Shown: piece after piece, positions 1 to 9,943 of the stretch
Layout: each line of letters opens with the position of its first letter
Numbering within the stretch: the first letter of the stretch is position 1
Source of the DNA: Chloroflexota bacterium
GTDB lineage: Bacteria; Chloroflexota; Limnocylindria; Limnocylindrales; CSP1-4
Reading direction: 5' to 3'
DNA: 64,000 nt
Assembly (NCBI GenBank): GCA_013698095.1
Contig: JACCVQ010000120.1
Coordinates: forward strand, 2,350-66,349
Program-made: the position numbers and the translations under genes
The notes under the pieces: model-generated
What the model saw: the letters and a program-made list of their open reading frames with translations, nothing else
The model's database searches: none
What the model was told of the DNA's origin: nothing

Positions 1-122
1 GACGACCGCTACCCCTACTCGTGGCTCCCGCCCGACGCCGACGACCACGCACGGGAAGCCTCCGAGCTCGCGGAGCGAGGCCCGGAGGCATTCCCGGACT
101 GAGTCGGGGTCGGGTCGGTCGG

Positions 123-308
123 GAACCGATCCCGATCGCGTAGCCGAGGCACCAGCGTCTGCTGAACGGCGTCCTCGGATCGGTGGAGGTCGCGGAGGAT
201 CTGGTTGGCGACGCCGATCGTCGCGATCTCGCGCTCGCCGGCGGCGAGACAGCTGGCACAGCGCGACGTGCGTCGCGGGTGGCCCTTGAGATGACGGAGC
301 AGCATCAT
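123..308 (-). pseudogene. degenerate N-terminal (region 2-like) fragment of an ECF sigma factor, paralogous to the sigma gene at 2301-2855
   Basis: Residues ...IGVANQILRDLHRSEDAVQQTLVPRLRDRDRF of ORF 15-581(-) align with ...IANRIIRDLDRSEDAVQQALVTAWRELPRLRDPERF of the downstream sigma. The TAWRE segment is deleted, no region 4 follows, and the tail is unrelated sequence. Confidence 0.35.
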
Positions 309-324
309 AGGCCGATGCATCTTC

Positions 325-1434
325 GTGCCGGCCACGGCCCCACCGCGGCGATCCGGTCCCGCCGCTGCCCGACAACCCACCGTGGCTAATCCGCGAATCG
401 CGGATCGCCACATCGCCGAGCGGGTCGACTGCGTCGTCATCGGCGGTGGCCCGGCCGGGCTGTCGGCCGCCATCCAGGTCGCCAGGCTTGCCCGATCGTG
501 CGTCCTGGTCGATGACGATCGCGGCCGCTCGCTCTGGTCGCAGACGACCCGCAACTTCCTCGGCTTCCCGAACGGGATCAAGGCGACCGACCTGCGCCTG
601 CTCGGACAGCGCCAGGCAACGAACCACGGTGTGATCCTGCGGGCGGGTCATGTTGCCGGCCTGCGCAGGAGCCGGAGTGGGCATGGTTTCGATGTCCTCG
701 TCGAGCCGCCCGACGACGTGGTCGACCTTGCCACCGCCGAACCCGGCCTCGAGGCGAACCAGTCTCGCGAGCGTGCCGCGCGCCGGATGGACGAGCGGCA
801 GACCTCCCGGCCGACCGTCGTCCGGGGCCGGACCGTAATCCTCGCGACCGGCGTCGCCGACCGCTACCCGGCCTTCGACGGGCGTGACGCATGCGTCGGG
901 ATCAGCCTGTTCTGGTGCATCGTCTGCGACGGCTACGAGGCCCGCGGTCGGCGGGTCGCGGTGGTCGGCGATGACGATGACGCGGTCTCGACCGCCTTCT
1001 TCCTGGCTCGCCTCAGCGATCGGGTCATCCTCGTCACGAACCGAGGCCGTAGTCGGCTGCCACGGACGCGCCAGTCAAAGCTCGAGTCCCGTGGCGTGGA
1101 GGTCGTCCGAGCGGTCGTGGAGGCCTACGACCACGTCGCAGGCCGGATCCACACGGTCCGCGTTGGCGGTCACACGTCGCCGATCCCGGTCGAGATGGTG
1201 TTCGTCTCATCCCCACGCGCGCCTCGCACGCTGCTCGCCCGACGCCTCGGCGCCCGCCGCGACGACGCCGGCTATCTCGTCGTCGACGCCGCCATGCGGA
1301 CCTCTGTCGACGGCCTGTGGGCCGCCGGCGATATCCTCGCCGGCCATCCCCACCAGGTCGGCGAAGGGGCGGCAACCGGTGCCGTTGCCGCGACGGCCGT
1401 CAGCTACGACTTGATGGACCCATCCGCCCGCTGA
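325..1434 (+). CDS. FAD/NAD(P)-binding pyridine nucleotide-disulfide oxidoreductase (thioredoxin reductase-like); start uncertain (GTG 325 or GTG 382)
   Basis: Dinucleotide-binding motif VDCVVIGGGPAGL, a second Rossmann motif RVAVVGDDDDAV, and a C-terminal WAAGDI motif typical of TrxR-like flavoproteins. Confidence 0.7.
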   Translation: MPATAPPRRSGPAAARQPTVANPRIADRHIAERVDCVVIGGGPAGLSAAIQVARLARSCVLVDDDRGRSLWSQTTRNFLGFPNGIKATDLRLLGQRQATNHGVILRAGHVAGLRRSRSGHGFDVLVEPPDDVVDLATAEPGLEANQSRERAARRMDERQTSRPTVVRGRTVILATGVADRYPAFDGRDACVGISLFWCIVCDGYEARGRRVAVVGDDDDAVSTAFFLARLSDRVILVTNRGRSRLPRTRQSKLESRGVEVVRAVVEAYDHVAGRIHTVRVGGHTSPIPVEMVFVSSPRAPRTLLARRLGARRDDAGYLVVDAAMRTSVDGLWAAGDILAGHPHQVGEGAATGAVAATAVSYDLMDPSAR

Positions 1435-1446
1435 CGTCCGGGTCGT

Positions 1447-2304
1447 TCAGGGCATGCCGAGCGTCGCGAGGATCGCCTCTGCGGCCGGCAGCGCCGCCTG
1501 GACGTCGGCCGTCGGTCCGCTCAGATAAATGGAAAGCGGGCGGCCGTCGACGTCCACCACCCATGTCTTGAGCGAGTCGCCGACGCTCGTGTCGTAGGCG
1601 CGGCTGCCCTCGTCGAAATACATGGTGGCTCGACCCGGCACGGTCAGCGCTGTCTGGAAGCCGGTGTACGCGCCGAGAGTCACGGGTGTCGGATCGTCCG
1701 GATCGGCCTGGTTCGTCCGGTGGACCACGTCCAGCGCCAGCGATGGCGCTGTATGAGTGAACGCGAGGTCGGCCTTGCCGAGCCGGAGGCCGAAGAGCTC
1801 ACGGTCCTCCCGGGTTCGCGTCCAGCCGTCCGGCATCGTCAGCACCACGGTCGGCCGGAAGATCGGGGTGTGCCACGTTCCTGCCGCAACGGGTCCTGGA
1901 GCGAACGCCGAGCCCGGAGCCGCGGACGACGACGGAGCGATCGATGCCAACTGCGATGGCGACCGTGACGCCGAGGCCGACGGCCCGACGCTCGCGCTCG
2001 CGGACGCGGCGCCAGACGCGGCGGGCGTCGACGGCGACGGCGATGCGCCTCCGACATTCGGGCCGCTGGGCCGCCCCACCAGGGCGACGCCGGCGACGAC
2101 GACCACGAGTGCGGCAAGGGTCGCCGCAACGAGCTTCCAACCGGTGGACATCAGGCTGAACCTCCGTGTGGGAACGAACGAACGCCGCTGGGGCGTCGTG
2201 GCGATGGCCGCCATGGCCGCGTCGAGGACGCGATCGGGGAGCTCGTCCGTACCCGGGCCGAGCAGCCCGTCGAGCGCGCGTTCGATTTCGAGTTGGGTCG
2301 TCAT
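1447..2304 (-). CDS. putative membrane-anchored anti-sigma factor (single TM helix, Ser/Ala/Pro-rich linker)
   Basis: Lies immediately downstream of the ECF sigma gene with a 4-nt overlap. Single hydrophobic helix WKLVAATLAALVVVVAGVALV after a short cytoplasmic N-terminus. Confidence 0.55.
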   Translation of the reverse strand: MTTQLEIERALDGLLGPGTDELPDRVLDAAMAAIATTPQRRSFVPTRRFSLMSTGWKLVAATLAALVVVVAGVALVGRPSGPNVGGASPSPSTPAASGAASASASVGPSASASRSPSQLASIAPSSSAAPGSAFAPGPVAAGTWHTPIFRPTVVLTMPDGWTRTREDRELFGLRLGKADLAFTHTAPSLALDVVHRTNQADPDDPTPVTLGAYTGFQTALTVPGRATMYFDEGSRAYDTSVGDSLKTWVVDVDGRPLSIYLSGPTADVQAALPAAEAILATLGMP

Positions 2305-2855
2305 CGCCGCGGTTCCTCACCGACCGCGATCGGACGTTCGGCGGCATCAAGTGCGGCCCGCAGGGCGCGGTGGGCGTAGTGCAGACGGGAGCGGGCGGTT
2401 CCGTCGGGGATGCCCAGAGTCACGGCAATCTCCGCCGGCTGGAGCCCGAGGTAGTGACGGAGGACGAGGATCGCCCGTTGGTCCGGTGGCAGACGCCGGA
2501 ACCCGCGCTCCAGCTCGTCGCGGTCGGCCACCGCGCCCGTGTCGTCGGGGGCGAGTGGGCCATCGATGTGGAGGATCCGGATGTTCGAGTTCCACTGTCG
2601 GAGCCGACGGGCCTCGACGTAGCAAGCATGGACGAGGACGCGATCGATCCACGCATCGAATCGCTCGGGATCGCGCAAGCGTGGAAGCTCGCGCCATGCC
2701 GTGACGAGGGCCTGCTGGACGGCGTCCTCAGAGCGATCCAGGTCGCGGATGATTCGGTTGGCGATCCCGAACAGCCGGTCACCGCAAGCCCGGGCCAGGA
2801 GACCGAACGCCTTCTGGTCACCATGCTGCGCCTTCTGAACGAGATCGGCGTTCAA
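2301..2855 (-). CDS. ECF (sigma-70 family) RNA polymerase sigma factor
   Basis: Region 2 motifs (DLDRSEDAVQQALVTAWRELPRLRDPERFDAWI) and region 4 HTH (QRAILVLRHYLGLQPAEIAVTLGIPDGTARSRLHYA). Confidence 0.85.
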   Translation of the reverse strand: MNADLVQKAQHGDQKAFGLLARACGDRLFGIANRIIRDLDRSEDAVQQALVTAWRELPRLRDPERFDAWIDRVLVHACYVEARRLRQWNSNIRILHIDGPLAPDDTGAVADRDELERGFRRLPPDQRAILVLRHYLGLQPAEIAVTLGIPDGTARSRLHYAHRALRAALDAAERPIAVGEEPRR

Positions 2856-2993
2856 CGGACCCCTCGGTACAGTGCCGCGCGGGTGACGGCGTCACCCGTC
2901 CAGAGTGATAACGGGCATTAGTCGTTCAATCTTTCATCGCCGGTCGCGCGCAGGCGTCTGTCGCGGGCCGTCAGTCCGAGGCATCATGCGCGC

Positions 2994-3764
2994 ATGCGCG
3001 ATCCCCTCGATCGGTCCTTTCGCGACCGAGTCCTGACCGGCGACCATCTGTTCGGCCTGTTCCTCGACCTTGCCTCGCCGGCCTCGGCCGAGATCTGCGG
3101 CGCGGCTGGCTACGACTGGCTGTTGATCGACCTCGAGCACGGGGCGTCGACCGAGGCGGATCTCCTCGGCCTGATCCACGCCGTCGAGGCGGGTGGCTCG
3201 ACCGCGCTCGTCCGGCCCCAGACCGGGGAGCGGATCCGGATCGGCCGGGCGCTGGACATGGGCGCTCGCGGGATCATGGTTCCGCGGCTCGATTCGGTGG
3301 ACCAGGCCGGCGAGGCCGTGACGTTCCTGCGCTATCCACCGGCCGGGATTCGCGGCGTGGCCACCCGGGTCCGCGGCGCCGGCCTCGGCACAGTCGCCCA
3401 CGCCGACGTGCAGCGCCTGAACGAGCGGGTTCTCGGGATCATTCAGATCGAGTCCGTCGGCGGCCTGCGCGACGCCGACGCCATCGCCGCGGTCGACGGC
3501 GTCGACGTCCTGTTCGTCGGGCCGGCCGATCTGTCGCACTCGCTGGGTATCCCCGGCCAGTTCCAGCATCCGGACTACCTGGCCGCCCTGGAACGGGTCG
3601 TGACCGCCTGCCAGGCCCACGGCAAGGCCGCCGGGATCCTCGTCTACGACACCACCGTGGTCCCGGCTCACCTCGAGCTCGGCTTCACGTTCGTCGGGAT
3701 CGGCGCCGATGCGGCGTTCGTCGCGGACGGCGCGAAACGCTCGCTCGCGGCTGTCCGGACCTAG
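2994..3764 (+). CDS. HpcH/HpaI family 2-keto-3-deoxy-acid aldolase
   Basis: Class II aldolase TIM-barrel signature (LLIDLEHG, GIMVPRLDS, IQIESVGGL, VLFVGPADLS). The 2934-3671(-) ORF is its antisense. Confidence 0.8.
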   Translation: MRDPLDRSFRDRVLTGDHLFGLFLDLASPASAEICGAAGYDWLLIDLEHGASTEADLLGLIHAVEAGGSTALVRPQTGERIRIGRALDMGARGIMVPRLDSVDQAGEAVTFLRYPPAGIRGVATRVRGAGLGTVAHADVQRLNERVLGIIQIESVGGLRDADAIAAVDGVDVLFVGPADLSHSLGIPGQFQHPDYLAALERVVTACQAHGKAAGILVYDTTVVPAHLELGFTFVGIGADAAFVADGAKRSLAAVRT

Positions 3765-3778
3765 CGCTCCGGGACGCG

Positions 3779-4585
3779 ATGATCGCCACGCTCACGCGCC
3801 GACTTCGCCCACTCCGGCCGGTTCTCGCGCCGATCTGGCACGGAGCCAGAGCGATCGTCGGGCGCGACTCCCGGTTCTCCGTGCCGAACCTGGCGGACCG
3901 TGGCACGACGGCGCTCGGCGAGGCGGTCCGGGTCGCACGCCGCCGGCCGACGCCGGCGATCCGCGCCCTCCGCTCGATCGAGCTGGTCGATCTCGGCAGC
4001 GCCGTGCCGTACTACAAGGCCCGACGCGTCTACCTGTCCGCCGGAGCGCGGATCGCGAACGACCTGATCCAGCGGCGGAGTTTGACGACCGCGCTCGAGC
4101 TGGGGCCGCACCTGCGCTCGCTGATCGTCGGGGCCGACACGATGGACATCGTCTCGTCACCGGACCTCCGGGCCGAGGGCCGCCGGATCATTCATGACGC
4201 GACCGCGACACCATGGCCGATCCCCGACAAGGCGTATGACCTGTTCGTCGCCTTCCAGGTCTTCGAGCACCTCGGCGATCGCCAGCCGGCCGCGTTCGGC
4301 GAGGTTCGCCGGGTCGCCCGCAACGCGATCCTGTCGCTGCCGATCGACTGGGAGATGGCCGATCCGGCGAACTGCCATCACCGCCTGACCGAGGCGACCG
4401 TTCTCGGCTGGTTCGGGCCGGTCGTCCCGAGCCGGATCGTCGTCGGCAATCCGGGCCACCGGAAGCGCCTGCTGTTCGTGTTCGAGGACCTGCCCGCGCC
4501 CGAGGTCCGCTCGGTCGATCAGCCAGGCACGACGGCCAGCGCGACGACGACCTCGGCCGAGCCGGCGGCCAGCTCGGCGGGCTGA
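3779..4585 (+). CDS. hypothetical protein, weak class I SAM-dependent methyltransferase-like fold
   Basis: ALELGPHLRSLIVGAD and DLFVAFQVFEHLG resemble motif I and post-I of Methyltransf_11/23, but degenerate. High-GC3 coding frame. Confidence 0.5.
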   Translation: MIATLTRRLRPLRPVLAPIWHGARAIVGRDSRFSVPNLADRGTTALGEAVRVARRRPTPAIRALRSIELVDLGSAVPYYKARRVYLSAGARIANDLIQRRSLTTALELGPHLRSLIVGADTMDIVSSPDLRAEGRRIIHDATATPWPIPDKAYDLFVAFQVFEHLGDRQPAAFGEVRRVARNAILSLPIDWEMADPANCHHRLTEATVLGWFGPVVPSRIVVGNPGHRKRLLFVFEDLPAPEVRSVDQPGTTASATTTSAEPAASSAG

Positions 4586-4598
4586 TCCCAGCGCCACC

Positions 4599-5591
4599 TC
4601 AGCGGCGGGCGCGGACCTGGCCGTCGAGCGGCAGCGCCGGCTGCGGCCCGTCGCAGGCCTGGCCCGCGGTCTGGGCGACGAGGACGCCGACGATGACGAG
4701 CGCGGCTCCGACCAGCTGGATGGGCGCAAGCGTCTCGTGGAGGAACAGGAACGCCAGCGACACGATGATGAGTGGCTCGACGGTGCTCACGAGCGCGGCC
4801 TGGGCGGCGCCGATCCGGCGCGAGCCGGCGTAGAACGTCTGGATCGCGAGGAATGTGCCGGTGAACCCGATCGCGACGAGGTACGGCCATGCCTCGCCCG
4901 GGATCCGGTCGGGAGCGAACGGCCGGCCGGTCGCGATGGCGCCGCCGACGAAGACGACCGCCGTCGCGGTGATCATCAGTGCGCTGGCCGCGGCGGCATC
5001 GTCGACATGGCCGTCGCCCTCGGCCTCGGGCGCCAGCCGGTCCGAGCGCTCCCCGGCCAGTCGGGCCGACAGGATGATCCAGCCGGCGTAGATCAGCGGC
5101 GAGGCGAGGACGAGGGCGATCCCGGCCACGGGCGGCGGTGTTGCGAGGTCGATCCCGCCGAGGGCGAGGAGGACACCGACGAGGGCAATTCCCAACGCGA
5201 TCCACGGCCGCCGCCCGGACAGACGCGTGGCGAACCGGACCGACAGCACCGCGACGATCGCCGGATACAGGTAGACGAGGACGCCAGCGAGTGACGCCGG
5301 AACCGTCTCGAGACCGGCGTAGTACGTCCCGGCGTTGCCCGTGTACCAGACGCCGAGCCCGATCGCGATCAGCGCCTGGCGTCGGCCGAGTCGCCCGAGC
5401 GAGGCGCGCCGCGGCGCCGAGAGGAGGATCCACGCCCAAGCCAAGGCTGCCCCGATCGTGAACCGCCACGCGAGCAGCTGGAGCCAGTCGAGACCCGCGC
5501 CGTAGATCGGTTTCGAGAGGACCGTGCCAGACCCGAATCCGAACGCCGAGATGACGATGAGGGCGAGCCCAACGGCCCGGCGGCGATCCAC
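4599..5591 (-). CDS. DMT superfamily (EamA-like) transporter
   Basis: Ten predicted TM helices in a two-fold EamA repeat pattern. Confidence 0.8.
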   Translation of the reverse strand: MDRRRAVGLALIVISAFGFGSGTVLSKPIYGAGLDWLQLLAWRFTIGAALAWAWILLSAPRRASLGRLGRRQALIAIGLGVWYTGNAGTYYAGLETVPASLAGVLVYLYPAIVAVLSVRFATRLSGRRPWIALGIALVGVLLALGGIDLATPPPVAGIALVLASPLIYAGWIILSARLAGERSDRLAPEAEGDGHVDDAAAASALMITATAVVFVGGAIATGRPFAPDRIPGEAWPYLVAIGFTGTFLAIQTFYAGSRRIGAAQAALVSTVEPLIIVSLAFLFLHETLAPIQLVGAALVIVGVLVAQTAGQACDGPQPALPLDGQVRARR

Positions 5592-5649
5592 CGCGGGAGG
5601 CTATCAGCCCGCTGGGTGGTCGGTGGCGAGGGTCAGGGCCGCCCGGCTC

Positions 5650-5955
5650 TCAGCGCGGCAGTGGCGTGCCGTCTCCCTGGCGTTCGGCGTCGGCCTGGGC
5701 GTCGCGATCTGCCACCTCGCTCGTCGCGGCGGTCCCCGAGGTGATCACCTCGCGCTCGGCCTCGTCGACGCCGGGCGTCTCGTTGGTGGTCCGGCCGTCG
5801 TTCGTCGCCGACTCGCCGGTGTTGGGCTGGCCGCCTCCGGGCTGGGCGCCGTCGGGAGCGTGCCGCTCGTACTCGGTGCCCGAGCCGGCGTCGTCCTTGA
5901 GGCCGGCCGAGCCACCGCGGAATGCGCCGGTCGGGTCGCTCTCGCGCTCGTTCAT
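5650..5955 (-). CDS. small hydrophilic Gly/Asp/Glu-rich protein B (101 aa), paralog of the upstream small protein
   Basis: Starts MNERESDP... with an AAGGAG RBS 8 nt upstream. Its ATG overlaps the stop of the upstream small gene (ATGA). High GC3. Confidence 0.45.
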   Translation of the reverse strand: MNERESDPTGAFRGGSAGLKDDAGSGTEYERHAPDGAQPGGGQPNTGESATNDGRTTNETPGVDEAEREVITSGTAATSEVADRDAQADAERQGDGTPLPR

Positions 5956-6158
5956 CGCTCGTTCTCCTTCGCGTCGTGGCTCGGCTCCGTGCCGGGACCG
6001 GAGGAATTGTCGCCACCCTGGCGAGGCATCCAATCGGGGGGCTGTTCCTTCTTCTCACGGTGCTGCGGCTCGTTGGCGCCGCTGCCGCTGCGCTTGCCGT
6101 AGCGGGTCGAGCCGGCGTCGCCCGCGCCGTGCTGTTGGGGGTCGCTCTGATCGTTCAT
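5952..6158 (-). CDS. small hydrophilic Gly-rich protein A (68 aa)
   Basis: Starts MNDQSDPQQHGAGDAGS...; its N-terminus is similar to protein B (MN[DE][QR][SE]DP...G.G..SG). Divergent from the CBS gene. Confidence 0.45.
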   Translation of the reverse strand: MNDQSDPQQHGAGDAGSTRYGKRSGSGANEPQHREKKEQPPDWMPRQGGDNSSGPGTEPSHDAKENER

Positions 6159-6340
6159 GCTCGGACCATCGACGATCGGCCGTTGCGGCCGATGTCGCGA
6201 ACCGGTGCCCCACCTCGCAGGCGGCTCGCAGCCCGCTTGGCCCCGCGGCAGCCGTCTGGGCGACCGCGGCGCCACCTCCTCGCGACTCTCGCGCAATCGT
6301 GCCGGCCGGCCTGCCGGGGCGAGTTGGATACACTGGCCGC

Positions 6341-6850
6341 GTGACTGAACTGTCTGAAGGCGCCGTCGTCGCCCGTGTTCCGTTCCTCGTCGACGAGCGC
6401 CTCCAGGTCGTCGGCCGGCGCGAGCCCGTGACCGTCGAACCGGGCACGAGCCTGGCAGACTGCCTTGCGGCGATCCGCCGAACGGGGACCGGCGATTCGG
6501 TCTTCGTCGTGGACGCTGCCGGTCGCCTCGTGGGCGTCCTGACCGAGCGCGACATCTTCGCTCGCCTCGTGGGCCACGACGTCGCCCCGATCGACCTCGG
6601 CGAGCCGGTCGAGACGTTGATGACGACGAAGCCACACCACCTCCACCTGGACGAGACCGTCCGGGCGGCGATCGAGCTCATGCAGACCGGCCGCTACCGG
6701 AACGTGCCGCTGCTCGACGACGACGATGTCCTCCAGGGAGTCGTCCGGCCGCACGATTTGCTCAAGTACCTCGCCGAGGCGTTTCCCGAGGAGCTCCTGA
6801 ACCTTCCGCCACGACCGCACCAGACCATGAAACGCGCCGAGGGGGGCTGA
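6341..6850 (+). CDS. CBS domain pair protein
   Basis: Two CBS motifs (VFVVDAAGRLVGVLTERDI and NVPLLDDDDVLQGVVRPHDLL). GTG start at 6341. Confidence 0.75.
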   Translation: MTELSEGAVVARVPFLVDERLQVVGRREPVTVEPGTSLADCLAAIRRTGTGDSVFVVDAAGRLVGVLTERDIFARLVGHDVAPIDLGEPVETLMTTKPHHLHLDETVRAAIELMQTGRYRNVPLLDDDDVLQGVVRPHDLLKYLAEAFPEELLNLPPRPHQTMKRAEGG

Positions 6851-6857
6851 CGCTCAC

Positions 6858-8729
6858 GTGACCACCACCCGCGAGACCGAGCCGGAGACCCAGGAGCTCG
6901 AGCGCGTCACGATCCGCTTCGCCGGCGACTCCGGCGACGGGATGCAGCTGACCGGGACCCAGTTCACCCGGACAGCAGCCGTGTATGGCAACGACATCAG
7001 CACCCTGCCCGACTACCCCGCCGAGATTCGTGCCCCGGCCGGCTCCCTGCCGGGCGTGTCCGGCTTCCAGATCAGCTTCTCGTCGAACGAGATCCATACG
7101 CCCGGCGACGAGCCCGACGTGCTCGTGGCGATGAACCCGGCGGCCCTCAAGACGAACGTCATGGACCTGCCGGCCGGGGGCGCCCTGATCGTCAACAGCG
7201 ACGCGTTCACAGCCTCCAACCTGAGCAAGGCGGGCTACGCCGCCAATCCGCTCCAGGACGGCTCGCTCAAGCAGTACGCCCTGTTCGAGATCCCGATCTC
7301 GACCCTGAACGAGCGCTCGCTGGACGGGCTCGACATGACCTCGAAGCAGAAGGACCTGACGAAGAACTTCTTCGCCCTCGGGATCATGTTCTGGCTCTAT
7401 GGCCGGGAGATGGACGCGACGATCCGCTGGATCAACGAGAAGTTCGGCAAGCGGCCGGTCGTCGCCGAGGCCAACACCCGGGCCCTCAAGGCGGGTTACG
7501 CGTTCGGCGAGACGACCGAGATCTTCCACACCCACTACCGGGTGGCGCCGGCCAAGCTGGCCCCCGGGACCTACCGCAACATCACCGGCAACGAAGCGAC
7601 CTCCCTGGGCATGCTCGCGGCGTCGAAGCTCGCGAAGCGGCCGCTGTTCTATGGCTCGTACCCGATCACCCCGGCCTCGGACATCCTCCACCAGCTGTCG
7701 GGCTACAAGAACTTCGGGGTCAAGACGTTCCAGGCCGAGGACGAGATCGCCGCGATCGGCGCCGCGATCGGGGCGGCCTATGGCGGGGCAATGGGCCTGA
7801 CAGCCTCGTCCGGTCCGGGGATTGCCTTGAAGTCCGAGGCGCTCGGCCTGGCGGTCATGGTCGAGCTGCCGCTGGTCGTGATCGACGTCCAGCGGGCCGG
7901 CCCGTCGACCGGCATGCCGACGAAGAATGAGCAATCCGACCTCCTCCAGGTGATGTTCGGCCGGAACGGCGACTCGCCGCTGCCCGTCATCGCGCCGGCA
8001 ACACCGGGCGAGTGCTTCGATCTCGCGATCGAGGCGTGGCGGATCGCCCTGAAGTACGTCACGCCGGTCGTGTACATGTCCGACGCGTTCCTGGCCACGG
8101 GCGCCGAGCCGTGGCTGATCCCGTCGCTCGAGGACCTGCCCGACATCTCGGTCCAGAATTGGACGGAGCGCGAGGGCTTCCACCCGTACGAGCGCGATCC
8201 GCGGACGCTCGCCCGGAAGTGGGCGGTCCCGGGCACGCCCGGCCTCGAGCACCGGATCGGCGGCCTCGAAAAGGCAGACGTCACCGGCAACGTCAGCTAC
8301 GACCCGGACAACCACCACCGGATGCAGCTCCTGCGCCAGGCCAAGGTCGCCCGGATCGCCGACGACGTCGCGCCGCTCGACGTATTCGGGCCGGACCGCG
8401 GCGATCTCCTGATCCTGGGCTGGGGCTCGACGTACGGCGCGATCCGGAGCGCGGTCGAGCGCCTCCACGTCGACGGCCGGAGCGTCGCCCACGCCCATCT
8501 CCGCCACCTGAATCCATTCCCGGCCAACACCGAGAAGGTTCTCCGGAGCTATCGCCGGGTCCTGATCCCTGAGGTCAACCTCGGCCAGCTGTCGATGTTG
8601 ATCCGGAGCCAGTTCCTGATCGACGCCGAGGGCTACAACCGGGTCCGCGGCAAGCCCTTCACCATCGCCGAGATCGTGGCCCAGGCCGAGCGAATTGTCG
8701 GCACAACCGATGCGGAGCACCGGTCATGA
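6858..8729 (+). CDS. korA: 2-oxoglutarate:ferredoxin oxidoreductase subunit alpha
   Basis: Fused gamma/alpha-type OFOR domains (FAGDSGDGMQLTG... and GSYPITPASDILH), typical of actinobacterial KorA. Confidence 0.9.
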   Translation: MTTTRETEPETQELERVTIRFAGDSGDGMQLTGTQFTRTAAVYGNDISTLPDYPAEIRAPAGSLPGVSGFQISFSSNEIHTPGDEPDVLVAMNPAALKTNVMDLPAGGALIVNSDAFTASNLSKAGYAANPLQDGSLKQYALFEIPISTLNERSLDGLDMTSKQKDLTKNFFALGIMFWLYGREMDATIRWINEKFGKRPVVAEANTRALKAGYAFGETTEIFHTHYRVAPAKLAPGTYRNITGNEATSLGMLAASKLAKRPLFYGSYPITPASDILHQLSGYKNFGVKTFQAEDEIAAIGAAIGAAYGGAMGLTASSGPGIALKSEALGLAVMVELPLVVIDVQRAGPSTGMPTKNEQSDLLQVMFGRNGDSPLPVIAPATPGECFDLAIEAWRIALKYVTPVVYMSDAFLATGAEPWLIPSLEDLPDISVQNWTEREGFHPYERDPRTLARKWAVPGTPGLEHRIGGLEKADVTGNVSYDPDNHHRMQLLRQAKVARIADDVAPLDVFGPDRGDLLILGWGSTYGAIRSAVERLHVDGRSVAHAHLRHLNPFPANTEKVLRSYRRVLIPEVNLGQLSMLIRSQFLIDAEGYNRVRGKPFTIAEIVAQAERIVGTTDAEHRS

Positions 8730-8814
8730 CGGATCCACGGGCCGATGGGCGTCGCGGAGCTCCGCCTCGGACCTCGCAGAGCGAGCGACCCATGACCGCT
8801 GAGGTTGCCCTTCC

Positions 8815-9939
8815 ATGACTGAACCGACCGTCACGCGGGCGGGGTCCACCGCCCCTGCCAACCCGCCTGAGGCGCGCGTCGCGGCGCCGCTGCCGGCGGC
8901 TCAACCGGCGCTCAGCCCGGAGAACGCCGCGATCATCCAGCTGACCCGGAAGGACTTCGTGTCCGACCAGGAGGTCCGCTGGTGCCCGGGCTGCGGCGAC
9001 TACTCGATCCTCGCCCAGACCCAGAAGCAGATGCCGGATTTCGGCGTGCCCCGCGAGAACATCGTGTTCATCAGCGGGATCGGCTGCTCCGGTCGGCTGC
9101 CGTACTACATGAACACGTACGGTTTCCACACGATCCACGGCCGGGCCCCGACCCTCGCGACCGGTCTCAAGGCCGCCCGCCCCGAGCTGATGGTCTGGGT
9201 GATCACCGGTGACGGCGACGCGTTGTCGATCGGCGGCAACCACATCCTCCACTCGATGCGGCGAAACGTCGACATCACGCTCGTGATGTTCAACAACCGG
9301 ATCTACGGCCTGACGAAGGGCCAGGCCAGCCCGACGTCGGAGTTCGGCAAGAAGACGAAGTCGACCCCGGCGGGGACGGTCGACACCCCGATCCAGCCGC
9401 TGACCGTGGCCCTCGCCGCCGAGGCGTCGTTCGTGGCGCGGAGCGTCGACACCCACACGGAGCACCTCCAGCAGACCCTCCAGCGGGCGGGGATGCATCA
9501 CGGCTCGACGTTCGTCGAGGTCCTCCAGAACTGCAACATCTTCAACGACGGGGCGTGGCGTGACTTCACCGATCGCGAGGTCCGCGAGGACCGGATGCTG
9601 GTCCTCGAGCACGGCAAGCCGATGATCTTCGGCAAGCACCGCGACAAGGGGATCCGGCTGCGCGGCCTCCATCCCGAGGTGGTCACGATCGGCCAGAACG
9701 GGATCGCCGAGAGCGACCTCCTCGTTCACGACGAGCAGTCCGACGAGCCGTACCTCGCCCTGATGCTGTCGCGGATGTTCTGGCCCGATTACCCGGTCCC
9801 GGTCGGCGTCCTGCGCGCGGTCGCCCGGCCGACCCACGACCAGCTGATCGGCCAGCAGATCAGCGCGGCCGTGACCGCCGACGGCGAGGGCGATCTCGCG
9901 GCCGCCCTCGCCAGCGGCGAGACCTGGACGGTCGAGTAG
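8815..9939 (+). CDS. korB: 2-oxoglutarate:ferredoxin oxidoreductase subunit beta (TPP-binding)
   Basis: WCPGCGDYS motif and TPP-binding motif ITGDGDALSIGGNH. Confidence 0.9.
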   Translation: MTEPTVTRAGSTAPANPPEARVAAPLPAAQPALSPENAAIIQLTRKDFVSDQEVRWCPGCGDYSILAQTQKQMPDFGVPRENIVFISGIGCSGRLPYYMNTYGFHTIHGRAPTLATGLKAARPELMVWVITGDGDALSIGGNHILHSMRRNVDITLVMFNNRIYGLTKGQASPTSEFGKKTKSTPAGTVDTPIQPLTVALAAEASFVARSVDTHTEHLQQTLQRAGMHHGSTFVEVLQNCNIFNDGAWRDFTDREVREDRMLVLEHGKPMIFGKHRDKGIRLRGLHPEVVTIGQNGIAESDLLVHDEQSDEPYLALMLSRMFWPDYPVPVGVLRAVARPTHDQLIGQQISAAVTADGEGDLAAALASGETWTVE

Positions 9940-9943
9940 CTCG

